DNA of 62,031 bases, filler included, from Syncephalis fuscata S228 (taxonomy: Eukaryota; Fungi; Zoopagomycota): the NCBI GenBank assembly GCA_025786725.1. It is 3 parts of 3 records of this genome, joined end to end, with 100 filler letters (N's around TTAATTAATTAA, not from the genome) between each part and the next. Parts side by side here need not be neighbours in the genome. Positions count along the whole stretch, not along the records: positions 25,391 to 46,376 come from JAHLTZ010000157.1; 2 more parts are not named here. One strand, given 5' to 3'. The translations under genes were made by a program, and so were the position numbers. Below are positions 25,941-37,368 of the stretch, in pieces. Every line of letters starts with the position of its first letter. The first letter of the stretch is position 1. The notes under the pieces are model-generated. The model saw nothing but the letters and a program-made list of their open reading frames with translations. It ran no database searches and was not told where the DNA came from.

Positions 25941-26354
25941 TGTCGTCAAAGTCACTACTTTCTGACTATCGTAGGACTTGATCAATAGAATGTGTGTGTT
26001 AGATAAGACAGTTCAACAATTGGATGTAAGATATCGTTTATTAGTTAATAAAATGAGTTGGTTTTTATACTAAAATAATTAGTATAGCCGTGTGATAATA
26101 GTAATAATAATAATAATAGTAATAATAATAATAATAGTAATAATAATAATAATAGTAATAATAATAGTAATAATGATACTATGACGTCGGCGATCATCGT
26201 CATAAGATCATGGGTTAGTCAGGAGTGAGTTCATATGGCTAGTCATCGGATTGATCATATGAATAGATAATTCATATGACTAGTCATATGGTGAATATTT
26301 GGTGCCGGGTGGAGTGGTGTGTAATTTAGTCAGGCAAAAATTCAAAGTCCGACA
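25941..26354 (-). repeat. 3' LTR (414 bp)
   Basis: TGTCG...CGACA termini; matches 32210-32622 except within an internal (TAA/TAG)n tract. Confidence 0.96.
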
Positions 26355-26367
26355 TTACCCTTCCGTT
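26355..26367 (-). other. Polypurine tract
   Basis: Minus-strand AACGGAAGGGTAA abuts the 3' LTR; its last TAA is the integrase stop codon. Confidence 0.7.
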
Positions 26368-27668
26368 AGATTAGCGTCCGTCCTCGGTCGCCGTAATCGA
26401 CTATCTTCAGTATACCATCGTCGTAGTCGGTCTCGATGTATAACTCGATACTTCTCTTTATGTGGTTCTTTCAACTTATACGAACCATTATTCAAATCAT
26501 CGTAAACAATCCAAGGTTGTTCTTCCCATTTTGGTTCAAGTTTACGTGATGTTGGTCGTAATATAGTTACCAAATGTCCAATACTAAACTCATAATCATT
26601 ATTAGATGCATGTCGTTTGCTATTAAATACATTGGCATGCGATTGTTGTGTTTGTATGATGCGTTGTCGAACAGTAGGTACTTCCGCTTGTAACCAATAC
26701 AACTTATTGCTGCGTTTAAGTATTGATTCGCGTAATTTAATTTGTCGATCGTCGCTAGGTAATCGTGGTACTACAATATCGGCAGGTGCACGTGGTTGAA
26801 AGCCGAATAATAATTCTGCGGGTGAATAGCCAGTTGTCTTTTGTCGATTGGTGTTGTAGGCGAATGTGATGGCTGGTATGTGTTCTGGCCAAGCTAGCAT
26901 ATCTCTGCCGGCTAAGACAAATCGAGTAAGTGCTTCACCAAGTGTCTTATTCAGTCGTTCTGTAAGACCATTAGTGCGTGGATGATATGGTGTTGTAAAC
27001 TGTTGTTTTATACCCAATCTTTTTAATACATCTCTAACTACCTGATTACGAAATTCTTTTCCTCCATCTGATAAAATAAATTGAGGACATCCAAATATAC
27101 AAATGACTTGTTTGAATAAAAAGTCGGCTACTGCTGCTGAGTCTTTCTTGATAATAGGTTGAGTAATTGCCCATTTTGTTAAATAGTCTGTTGCAACTAC
27201 TAAATAGCGTGGGTCAGTATCTGCATCGTAATACGGTAAAGGTCCCATTAAATCAATACCGATGCGATAAAAGGGTGTATGTACAGGGATAGAATGTAAA
27301 GGTTCAATATGACGTGGTGGTGCACGTAATTGACATTCGCGACATCCTCGAATATAAGAGCGTGCATCATCTTCTAAGTTGGGCCAATAATAAGACTGTC
27401 GTAACCGTCGAATAGTGGATCCAATACCCATATGACCTGCTTGGTCATGACACATAGCTAATACTTCGGTGGCTTCACGAAAGGTAAGTACGCGTAAAAA
27501 GCCTTCTGGAAAGCGTTTTCCAGGTGCGGGGAAATAAAGTAAGTCGTTGTATAATACATATCGGTTAGCTTCTTTTCTGAAAGCAATTGTTTGCTCATCA
27601 GACAAGCCAGTGGGTGTAGTGTGATTGTTGAGAAAGTTGATAATTTGTTGGTGTTTTGTTGCATCCAT
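26355..27668 (-). CDS. Retrotransposon integrase (stand-alone ORF, 437 aa)
   Basis: HHCC zinc domain (HDQAGH...CREC), DDE core (IGIDLMGP, ILSDGG, NGLTERLN), degenerate GPY/F-like C-terminus; no chromodomain seen. Confidence 0.95.
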   Translation of the reverse strand: MDATKHQQIINFLNNHTTPTGLSDEQTIAFRKEANRYVLYNDLLYFPAPGKRFPEGFLRVLTFREATEVLAMCHDQAGHMGIGSTIRRLRQSYYWPNLEDDARSYIRGCRECQLRAPPRHIEPLHSIPVHTPFYRIGIDLMGPLPYYDADTDPRYLVVATDYLTKWAITQPIIKKDSAAVADFLFKQVICIFGCPQFILSDGGKEFRNQVVRDVLKRLGIKQQFTTPYHPRTNGLTERLNKTLGEALTRFVLAGRDMLAWPEHIPAITFAYNTNRQKTTGYSPAELLFGFQPRAPADIVVPRLPSDDRQIKLRESILKRSNKLYWLQAEVPTVRQRIIQTQQSHANVFNSKRHASNNDYEFSIGHLVTILRPTSRKLEPKWEEQPWIVYDDLNNGSYKLKEPHKEKYRVIHRDRLRRWYTEDSRLRRPRTDANLTEG

Positions 27669-27752
27669 AGTGATTTGTGAGTAGAAAAATAAGTAAGCAA
27701 TAATAAAGTTAGTAATGAAATAGTGTTAAGTAGTAATGTTAATGATAGTAAG

Positions 27753-30700
27753 TTACATCTGTCCAGTGGATCCAAATCCTGCTTGTTGACGTGTGGTTGA
27801 TGATAATGAAGCTACTTCTACGAAGTTAATATCGGCAATTTTTTCAATAATAAGTTGAGCTGCTCGTTCGCCTTCGTTTATAGTTACAGGTTGTTTGCCG
27901 TGGTTGATTATAACAATTTTAATTGATCCACGATAATCAGCATCAATTACTCCAGCTAATATATTAATACCATGTTTAACAGCTAAACCGCTTCTTGGTG
28001 CTACTCTTCCATACGTTCCTGCTGGTAAGGCAATGGCAAGGTCGGTGTTGAGTAGTTTATATTGACCCGGTGGAATATTAATTGTTTCCGCAGCGTATAA
28101 ATCGTATCCAGCTGCTTCTTTAGTACCTTGTGTAGGTATTTTAGCACGTGGACTTAATAAATTCACTTTCACCTCTTTCTTAATTTTTTCCGTATTTTCC
28201 ACACTTGCTGTATAAGTTTCTACCACATTACTCTCACTTTCTACAAATGGTGGTCTAGATAGTGCATCAGCTACTACATTGCTAATACCTTTCTTATACT
28301 CCATTTCATAATTATACTCAGATAATTGTAATGCCCATCTCGCCAACTTCCTGTTTAAAGTCTTATTCTTCGTAATATACGGTAGTGCTTGATGATCAGT
28401 TCGAATAATAACTTTTGTGTGCAAAATGTAGTGTCGAAACATTTCCAACGCCCATATAACTGCGGCTGCTTCTAATTCAGTTGCACTTAAATTCTTTTCT
28501 GGCTTGTATAAACTTCTGCTTGCATAACATACTGGATGAGTTGTTCCTTCTGCATCAACTTGCGCTAAAACTGCTCCCATTCCACTATAAGCTGCATCAG
28601 TTTCTAATATAAACGTATCTTCAAAATCTGGATACATTAATATTGGTGTTGTTGCTAACGCCATTTTTAAATCTTCAAATTCCTTTTGTCGTTCCGCGTT
28701 CCATTCGTAAATAGCTCCTTTCTTTAGTAGACTTCTTAGTGATTCAGTTCGTTTAGCGTAATTATCGACAAATCTTCGATAATAAGATGTTAGTCCTAAA
28801 AATGACCGTAATTCTGATACATTTGCTGGTGCCTTGCAGTTGATCATTTTCTTCACCTTTTCTGGATCTGTCATTAATCCTTCTTTGCTGACTTTGTATC
28901 CTAAAAATATAATTTCGCGTTCAGCGAATCGACATTTCTTCAATTTCAATTTTAAGTTAGCCTTTTCTAATCGTTCTAATGCTGCTTCTAAACGACTTAA
29001 ATGTTCTTCAAAATTGCTAGCAAATATTTGTACGTCGTCCAAATAACAAAATACTGATGACCATATTAATCCAGCGAATACTTGTGTCATAAGTCGCGAA
29101 AATGTTGATGGTGAATTTGATAATCCCATTGGCATAGCGATGCATCGATACATTCCTTCTCTGGTAATAAATGTTGTTTTATCGCGGTCAGCTGCGTCTA
29201 CTTGTACTTGATAATAACCTGCTGCTAAATCAAGTGATGTGAACCAACTTGCGCCTTTTAGTGAATCAAATATTTCATTTATCCGTGGCATTGGATAAAC
29301 GTCACGCTTAGTTACTTTGTTCAGCTTACGATAATCTTGACAAAGACGATGTGTACCATCCTTTTTCTTCACTAAAACAATAGGAAACGCCCATGGTCCA
29401 TTGGCTGGTTCAACAATTCCTTGTTGTAACATTTTGTTGACTTCTTGTGCAATTATTTCGTTATCTTTGGGTGAATATCGGTATGGCGGCATGCTGATTG
29501 GTGCTGCATCTCCAGTATCGATTCGGTGTGTAACTAAATTGGTATGGCCAACATCGTATGAATCTTTAGCGAATAGATGTTTCTTCTTCTCTAGTAATTC
29601 CACTAATTGTTGCTGTTGCGTATTGTTGAGTTCAGTGCTGATACTGGCTAATAAATCGTCTCGTGTAATAGGTGATTTATCCACTTCAGCTGTATAACAT
29701 TCATTGTTCTTCATTTGTTCCATCATATTTATACATGCTTTAACAGGTGCTGGTTTATCATCTACATTACTAGCATGGCACATTACTGTTCCAACTGGTA
29801 TAATTACTTCATCATTAGTTGTATTAATTAATCGTAATTTCACCTTCTTATTTGGACCATAACTTGGTAATGCTGCTATTCCTTTAGGTACCAATTCCAT
29901 ATGTTCTGGTTCTAGTAAAATTGTACCTTTTAAAACTTCCTTGTGATTTGGTTTCCACTGTACCGACTCATTGGGTGGGATAATTACTTCTTCTCTTGTT
30001 GATACGGCCACATAACTTTCCAATGTTGGTATTATTTCTTCTTCTGTTTCGTTGAATAGGCTGAGTATTTCTTCATGCGTCCATGGCGATGCTATGGCGG
30101 CTATTGGCTTGTCAGCGCGTATTGCTGGCATTGCGTGTTGTCGTCTTGCTATAGCTGCTTCAATTTCGGTTGACCATACTTGAGCCATATATTCTTCTTT
30201 CTGACGTAGTAAGCTCATATGATTGTCGCGAATATTGATAACGGCATCCATTTCTTTTAGCCATTCCATTCCTAGCACTATTGAAAACGATCCTCTTGAC
30301 ACATATGGTGAAATAGTACATTCCATACCTCCAACGATAATAGGTAACTCGCGTACCATTCCTAGTACTGGTTGCGCATCACCGTGAATACCTGTGATAG
30401 CTACATCTGCTTCGCAGTCAATTTCAATACCATTTTCCTTTAGAAATTCCGCGCCTGCAATTGTAAATGCTGAACCTGTATCCACAATAACTTCTATCGG
30501 CTTTCCTTTAATATGTATAATTGCTCGTAGTGCTTGCGTTTCATTCTTTACTGATAAAAATCCTTCTGCGGTCGTTTTTGCTTGTCTGGCTGCTCTTTTA
30601 CTGGCATGTGTTGCTTTATTATCGTTCTGTTGCGCTAGAACTAATTTAGCCAATTCAATTGCTTTTAGTGTTACTTCTGCATTAGCCAGCTCATCTACAG

Positions 30701-32147
30701 GTGAGAAGGCATCCGACCCTTTGGCTCTGGGTGACTGTAACAAAGCCAACATTAAATCTCTATTAAGGTTTGGTGTAACCTTATCCTGTTCACTAATTTC
30801 TCTCTCTTTCCCATTACTCTTTTCTTCCTTTACCATTCGTGGTTTTTCCTCGTCCATTAGTACCGGCTGTACTCTATCCATTTGCATCAACTCTGTATTT
30901 TGCAATACTGTAGACTCTTTTCTAGCTGTTTTAGTCTTACGTGAGTGTGGCGTTGCTGCTTTCCTCTTTTCTGCCATTAAAGCTAGTGTTTGAATCTGTT
31001 TAGTGATGTTTTCGAGTTCTTCGTCCGTGTCCTCCCCCTCCTCTGATGACTCTACGTCCTCGTGGCGTCTTCCATAAGCGTAAAATCCATCTGCTGTTCG
31101 TTGACTGCACGTATTCCATCTGTGGTTTTTATCGACAAGGCCACAATGTGGACATGCTCGTTGCATTGGTCTTTCTTGCCTCTTGTTTAGTGCTGCAAAG
31201 CTGATTTTAAGCTTGTTAAGTTCTTCTGCTAGTTGATCGACTACTGGGTCATATTGCTCCTTTGGACGCGGCTGGCGTGTGTACTGCTGCGTTCTTGTCG
31301 GCGTGCGGTACGTTGGTCCAGTTGACTGCGTTTCCATTGAGTAATTTTTCTTGTAATCATCACCTAAATTACGACGTCTATGGTATTCAAAACGTAGTGC
31401 AATTTCTACACGTTCCTCAAATGTCATAGAATCGATATCTTTGTTTACCTCAAAGTCGCTTATTGCGTCCTTTAAAGGTGTAGTTAGACCTTGTTTAAAT
31501 TTCTCACTTACCTCGTCGTCTTGAATCAGGCGGCACAAGCTGATCCTTTTTACCAATTCGCGTAAACGGTCGGCAAAATTGGCCACATCTTCTTTTCCTT
31601 GTAATCGGCATTGACTGTATTGTCTGTTCCACAAATCGCGCATTTCTGGTGTAACAAACCGTTGCACAAACGCGTGTACAAAACAACCAGGCTCAAATCC
31701 TCTGTGTTTTTCACCTGAACACCATCGGTAGATGCGTGTTCTAATACCTGTCCACCATGCCAATGCGGCATCTGATAAATATGTTTCTACTGCTACTAAG
31801 CAGTCTTGATCGGTCCAGCGGTTCCTTCTCGCTGCAGTGTTAAAGTGTTCAAATAGCCAGTTTACTGGGTCTTCGCGGCCAGTAAATGTTTCAATAAATT
31901 TGTCGAATTTCATATCTTGATTTCTTGAATTCGGTTCATATGCTTGCCAGGCCGACCATGATGTCGGGGAATAAATTGCTTGATTTATTGGTAATTTCTG
32001 CGTATTCAGGTACGCCCTTGCTTGTTCTTCCAGTATCGACCTTACATGCTCCGGTACCAAATCGAGCGGATTGGAGGTCCCTTGCTCCTTAAGTCCGTAC
32101 GTAGCCTCTTGGCCTCGACTTTCCGGCAATTGCTGATTTTTATCCAT
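27753..32147 (-). CDS. Gag-Pol polyprotein: Gag, zinc knuckle, aspartic protease, RT, RNase H, dUTPase (1464 aa)
   Basis: CPHC-X6-H-X4-C knuckle; IVDTGS protease; RT LDLAAGYYQ, MPMGLSNSP, YLDD; RNase H LETDA, ELE, TDH, ADALSR; dUTPase AAGYDL, APRSGLA, GVIDADYRG, AQLII, RQQAGFGSTG. Confidence 0.97.
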   Translation of the reverse strand: MDKNQQLPESRGQEATYGLKEQGTSNPLDLVPEHVRSILEEQARAYLNTQKLPINQAIYSPTSWSAWQAYEPNSRNQDMKFDKFIETFTGREDPVNWLFEHFNTAARRNRWTDQDCLVAVETYLSDAALAWWTGIRTRIYRWCSGEKHRGFEPGCFVHAFVQRFVTPEMRDLWNRQYSQCRLQGKEDVANFADRLRELVKRISLCRLIQDDEVSEKFKQGLTTPLKDAISDFEVNKDIDSMTFEERVEIALRFEYHRRRNLGDDYKKNYSMETQSTGPTYRTPTRTQQYTRQPRPKEQYDPVVDQLAEELNKLKISFAALNKRQERPMQRACPHCGLVDKNHRWNTCSQRTADGFYAYGRRHEDVESSEEGEDTDEELENITKQIQTLALMAEKRKAATPHSRKTKTARKESTVLQNTELMQMDRVQPVLMDEEKPRMVKEEKSNGKEREISEQDKVTPNLNRDLMLALLQSPRAKGSDAFSPVDELANAEVTLKAIELAKLVLAQQNDNKATHASKRAARQAKTTAEGFLSVKNETQALRAIIHIKGKPIEVIVDTGSAFTIAGAEFLKENGIEIDCEADVAITGIHGDAQPVLGMVRELPIIVGGMECTISPYVSRGSFSIVLGMEWLKEMDAVINIRDNHMSLLRQKEEYMAQVWSTEIEAAIARRQHAMPAIRADKPIAAIASPWTHEEILSLFNETEEEIIPTLESYVAVSTREEVIIPPNESVQWKPNHKEVLKGTILLEPEHMELVPKGIAALPSYGPNKKVKLRLINTTNDEVIIPVGTVMCHASNVDDKPAPVKACINMMEQMKNNECYTAEVDKSPITRDDLLASISTELNNTQQQQLVELLEKKKHLFAKDSYDVGHTNLVTHRIDTGDAAPISMPPYRYSPKDNEIIAQEVNKMLQQGIVEPANGPWAFPIVLVKKKDGTHRLCQDYRKLNKVTKRDVYPMPRINEIFDSLKGASWFTSLDLAAGYYQVQVDAADRDKTTFITREGMYRCIAMPMGLSNSPSTFSRLMTQVFAGLIWSSVFCYLDDVQIFASNFEEHLSRLEAALERLEKANLKLKLKKCRFAEREIIFLGYKVSKEGLMTDPEKVKKMINCKAPANVSELRSFLGLTSYYRRFVDNYAKRTESLRSLLKKGAIYEWNAERQKEFEDLKMALATTPILMYPDFEDTFILETDAAYSGMGAVLAQVDAEGTTHPVCYASRSLYKPEKNLSATELEAAAVIWALEMFRHYILHTKVIIRTDHQALPYITKNKTLNRKLARWALQLSEYNYEMEYKKGISNVVADALSRPPFVESESNVVETYTASVENTEKIKKEVKVNLLSPRAKIPTQGTKEAAGYDLYAAETINIPPGQYKLLNTDLAIALPAGTYGRVAPRSGLAVKHGINILAGVIDADYRGSIKIVIINHGKQPVTINEGERAAQLIIEKIADINFVEVASLSSTTRQQAGFGSTGQM

Positions 32148-32196
32148 GGTCCTTACAAGAGACTTTAACTATGTAAAGTTGGTCTTGTAAACGGGT

Positions 32197-32204
32197 GCTC
32201 GCCA
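32197..32204 (-). other. Putative primer-binding site
   Basis: TGGCGAGC starts 5 nt inside the 5' LTR; complementary to a tRNA 3' end ...GCTCGCCA (tRNA-Arg(ACG)-like, identity not verified). Confidence 0.55.
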
Positions 32205-32209
32205 AATAA

Positions 32210-32622
32210 TGTCGTCAAAGTCACTACTTTCTGACTATCGTAGGACTTGATCAATAGAATGTGTGTGTTAGATAAGACAGTTCAACAATTGGATGTAAGA
32301 TATCGTTTATTAGTTAATAAAATGAGTTGGTTTTTATACTAAAATAATTAGTATAGCCGTGTGATAATAGTAATAATAATATAATAGTAATAATAATAGT
32401 AATAATAATAATAATAATAATAGTAATAATAATAGTAATAATGATACTATGACGTCGGCGATCATCGTCATAAGATCATGGGTTAGTCAGGAGTGAGTTC
32501 ATATGGCTAGTCATCGGATTGATCATATGAATAGATAATTCATATGACTAGTCATATGGTGAATATTTGGTGCCGGGTGGAGTGGTGTGTAATTTAGTCA
32601 GGCAAAAATTCAAAGTCCGACA
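32210..32622 (-). repeat. 5' LTR (413 bp)
   Basis: Direct repeat of 25941-26354, followed by the TSD TATCA. Confidence 0.96.
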
Positions 32623-34073
32623 TATCACTTTTAGCACGCTATTTTATCTTTTTGAGTATTACTTTTACATATCAGTAATGTACCAAATGGAATTTATTAC
32701 TGTTAACACGTTGCGTTGTTTACATATTCTTTCACACTTATTTTAACTAAAGGTGAAGTGCTAACCATTGCACATCATTGAAGTGTTTGTCGGCGGAGTA
32801 ACGATTGTCATAGTGCAATAGTTAAACAATTTATTGATCAATTAGCCGACTGCATTGCTATTAATGTGTTACGTAGCCAAGTATTGCTATAGTCATTCAA
32901 ATACTTATTTTCATTTTTTATATTTATTAAAAAACAAACACTAGCCTACGCAACGTATCTATATATTGCGCTATCTTATATAGTAATTTATATTTATTAT
33001 TTTACCTGCATAAGTGTAATAGTTTAATTATTCGTAAGAATTACACACCCACATCCACTTCTATTTTTGTCCTTGCATGCTACAGCTTCATACTAGCTAG
33101 AGAGCAAGACAATAATATCATGGTATATAATAGCCAATAAATTATATTTACGCTAAATACAACTAGTGATAAACGAGCAGTTTTTATTAATAGTATGTAA
33201 CCGGTGGACAGTACATTAATAGACAATACAATAAATGAATATAGTCCAATTGAAAAAATGAGAATATATGATAGAATGGCATTACCATGGTAAATAGAAT
33301 GTAGAATACAAGTATAATGATTATATGATATTGCTTAGTATTTCTTCTAAAAATGCTTTATTGTTTGAATAAGTTATAGCAACACGAATACAGTCAATAA
33401 TATTAATATTCTACCTTTAAATCTATACGACATAATATCTATAAAAATAGTAATTGAACAAAATGCAAATAGTTTGGGGCAGGAAATAAAATTTCATTAT
33501 TCGGCAATAGTCATGCAAAATAATAATTTGCTGTTAGTTGCCAGTGTTATCATCAAGTAGTTGAATAAGAAACTATTATAATCAATTTAATGATGATGTA
33601 TGAAAGATTTTCTGACATGTATGCTATAAATGCATAGTAACTTTTATAGAATCGTTTTATAATTGCTGAAAGTATGCGTATTTAAATAACATATAGTGAT
33701 ATATGTTATCAAGTGTGAAGAAAAAGAGAGGGAGAATGTGATGACGTAAATTGTATATCGTGTTGCTGAGCGTATTAAATAATGATGCCAGTTGACACTA
33801 GAACTACCCATTATCATAGAGCATGTTTATCAGTATTAAGCAGTGTATTAAAGTACTTGCATATAATAAAGTTATTTTATCTAAAAGACAAGTGTAATAA
33901 TAATGTTGTTGGTAAAATAGCAAATGTGGCGCAGTTAAAATAACAAGTAATTTATTGTTCAAGTTTATTATCCTATCTAAAATAGCAAATTCAAATTCAA
34001 ACTTTTTATAATATTTTAAGTAAATTTTAATTCTGTTTTTTATTTACTGCTGGTAACGAATAGTAAAGCAACT

Positions 34074-36613
34074 ATGGCGTTACCAGCACCGCACAAAACA
34101 CTTTGGCAGCTGGCTAACGGGTGTTTGGATCACGCTAAGCAGCTTGCTCCTTTTCTAGTCACTCATGGCGAATCGGCCCTTAATGAGTATAGACGGGACA
34201 TTATAGCGGCCATTGCGCTTTTTAGAGCGGTACTTGTAAACAGTACTGACCACAAGACAACGGCCAATGGGCCGGTTAAACAACAGCAACAATTAGCCTC
34301 TATTCAGACTATACCGTCGCTTTGTAGTTTGCCTCTTGATAGTGGACTTTCCATTGGAGTTGAGGCTAAAACAAGATACATGCTTGCACGGGTTCTTCTA
34401 GAGCATACTGACAACGATAATGAAGCAATCACACAGGCTAGAAAAGTGGTAATATACCGATATAATCATTTGTCAGTCATACTAACGCTTTACAATAGAT
34501 TCATCTTACTCAACGTGTAAGTAGACCGATGAAAATGCAAATGTGATAGGTCGTTGAACGCTGGATATAGACATTAGGCATGAAGAGTATTCGTATGGGC
34601 GCGTATGAAATTCAAATTCAAATTCAAATACGTATGGGCCAGTTTCGAGTAGCCAGAGCGTCGCTTAAAGATGCGCAAAACGAAGCAGAACGGCAAGTGT
34701 TGCTAAGTGCAATTAACTGAGGTACTGACAATCTATTATAGCTTAAAGCTACACGGCTGGTATTATCATTTTATTATGCAACAACTGAAATTATTACGCA
34801 GTGATATGCTAGCCAGAAATAAGCCAACGTTTACAGCCCAACTTGCTATTCTTTTGGATACAATTGAGTATGCACGGGAAAATAAACATGAGGATGTTCA
34901 GGTAAACGATACGCGTTGAATAATAGCCAATAGCTAACGTTTATCATAAACAGATTTGTTTCTTATTGCTAAGGGCACAATATGCCTTACTAGCTAACGA
35001 TTCATCAACTGTAAAACAATCGCTTCTTGGCGCTGAAAACTGTTTAGCAGGCTGGCAATATGTAGATGTATACCTCGAGCTATCAAATGACGTACAGGTG
35101 GCCCGGCCTAATGTTGGAACGTCCATACTCCATGCGCGTTACCATTTATTGCATGTATTAAATGGTTTACATTATGGCAATACACAGTCTGCATTCACTT
35201 CTTTCCATCAGCTTCAAGATATTCTTAGCTGGTGGACATTAGTGGACACTGAGCTGACAGGACAGAATAAATATACCAATTATATGATATCTAATGAGGT
35301 AAGTACGTGTAATATATACTATATTCTAGCTAATTTTTTAATGGCTAGGACGTAATGCAGCATGTGCGTATACAATGGTTATCTAGACGACAGATAGCGT
35401 CAATCAGCATCTACTTGTTTGCAACTGTCTACCACAGACAAATGAGTACAGTGACCGCTCGGGAGCTAACATTAGATGGAATCAAGCAATTAATAAGTAT
35501 GCACAGTATGCTATATGTATTGATGTATTTCTAATCTTTGCCAATGTGCAGTTATGTCAAATGGTATTCAAGGTATGAGCTTATTTACAATGTGGATATA
35601 ACATGTATAACTGTATAATAACTAGATTCCAATGCTACAAGTATGCGTCAATCTGTGGCATGGTATGATCAGATGAGAGCACGATATTGGCTATTGTTGG
35701 TGGATACGTATTTAGCAAGTAATGACATCGAGCAGGCCAGTATTGTACGTAAATGTAATCTAAACAAAAAAATACAAAGGCTCTAAGCACGTTATAACAG
35801 GCTTGGGAGGCTGTGACACTCTGGTGTCGTTCTCGGAACATTTGGACATTGTTTATTGAAGACTTGGTATTACGGCACGCATGGATAATGCAACTATCTG
35901 GTCAATCAGCCGAAGCCAAAAAATGCTACAAAATACTGGTAAGTAAATTTTATGTTGTTAAATAATTAATAATAAGCCATTATTTCATACAAAAATGGCC
36001 AAAGATGCAACATGATCATCATGCTATTACTGCTACAATTGGCCTTTCTACGTTAGAGCTAGAGAAAGAAGATACCGATGAAGTTGAATCGAGATTAGAT
36101 TTAGATGCTTTATCGTTAACATTAGTTCAAGATATGGCAGCCAATTTACTTGCTAGCTTTCAGAATCTATCTCGTCAAGAGAAAAAGTAAAGTAAAAAAA
36201 GATTTGATTAAAATAGACTAATTTAATTGTATGTACAGACAACGATTATCAAATGCACTACGGCTGGCCAATAGAGCAGAAAACGGTCAATTGCACCGAT
36301 TCATACTGGCTCGACTTGCCGAAATATACTATTCTGTGGCGGATGAACAATGTGAGATCATGCTCGATACTGCCTATCATCTAGCGCGAGAAATAAATGA
36401 TCACTTCTTGGCCATAGTTGTAGGAGGTCGATTGGCCGGTAAGCGATAATATAATTATATAATTGAAATTATTGTACAATTAATATAAACATTATTCTTA
36501 TTATTAATCTAGATCTCTATCGTCGTCATGGTCGAAAGGAAATGGCAGATCATTTGTATAAAGAAGTGAATACACTCAAACAGCGTGCATATCAACCAAT
36601 AACAGATGTATAA
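34074..36613 (+). CDS. SCC4: Cohesin-loader subunit Scc4/MAU2 (multi-exon, TPR-like)
   Basis: N-terminal IIAAIALFRAVL...EAKTRYMLARVLLEHTDNDNEA and C-terminal LSNALRLANRAENGQLHRFIL...EQCEIMLDTAYHLA resemble fungal Scc4/Ssl3/MAU2. Many short GT..AG introns; last exon 36513-36613. Internal exon boundaries not all resolved. Confidence 0.75.
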
Positions 36614-36715
36614 TGAAAATAAATTGTTTATAAAAGTCCATATTCTTGATCAAAAAACCACGCTTAATACGTGTTAAAGCCACGTAAAACTGAATCTACT
36701 GAATAATGACCAGTA

Positions 36716-37368
<653 letters not shown>

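Larger units (their letters stand above)
25941..32622 (-). mobile_element. Full-length Ty3/Gypsy LTR retrotransposon with dUTPase and separately encoded integrase
   Basis: Two near-identical TG...CA LTRs, 5-bp target-site duplication TATCA (25936-25940 and 32623-32627), PBS, PPT, and intact Gag/PR/RT/RH/dUTPase and IN ORFs in Ty3/Gypsy order. Confidence 0.97.

Noticed and set aside
27458-27775. 105-aa ORF bridging dUTPase and integrase as a frameshift route
   Set aside because: Pol and IN are in the same frame, so using this bridge needs two compensating frameshifts. No clear slippery site is seen, and the peptide is low-complexity Leu/Thr.
30394-30993. 199-aa plus-strand ORF inside the retrotransposon (and 40961..41569 opposite the Kelch gene)
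   Set aside because: Antisense shadows of long coding frames with no independent motifs.
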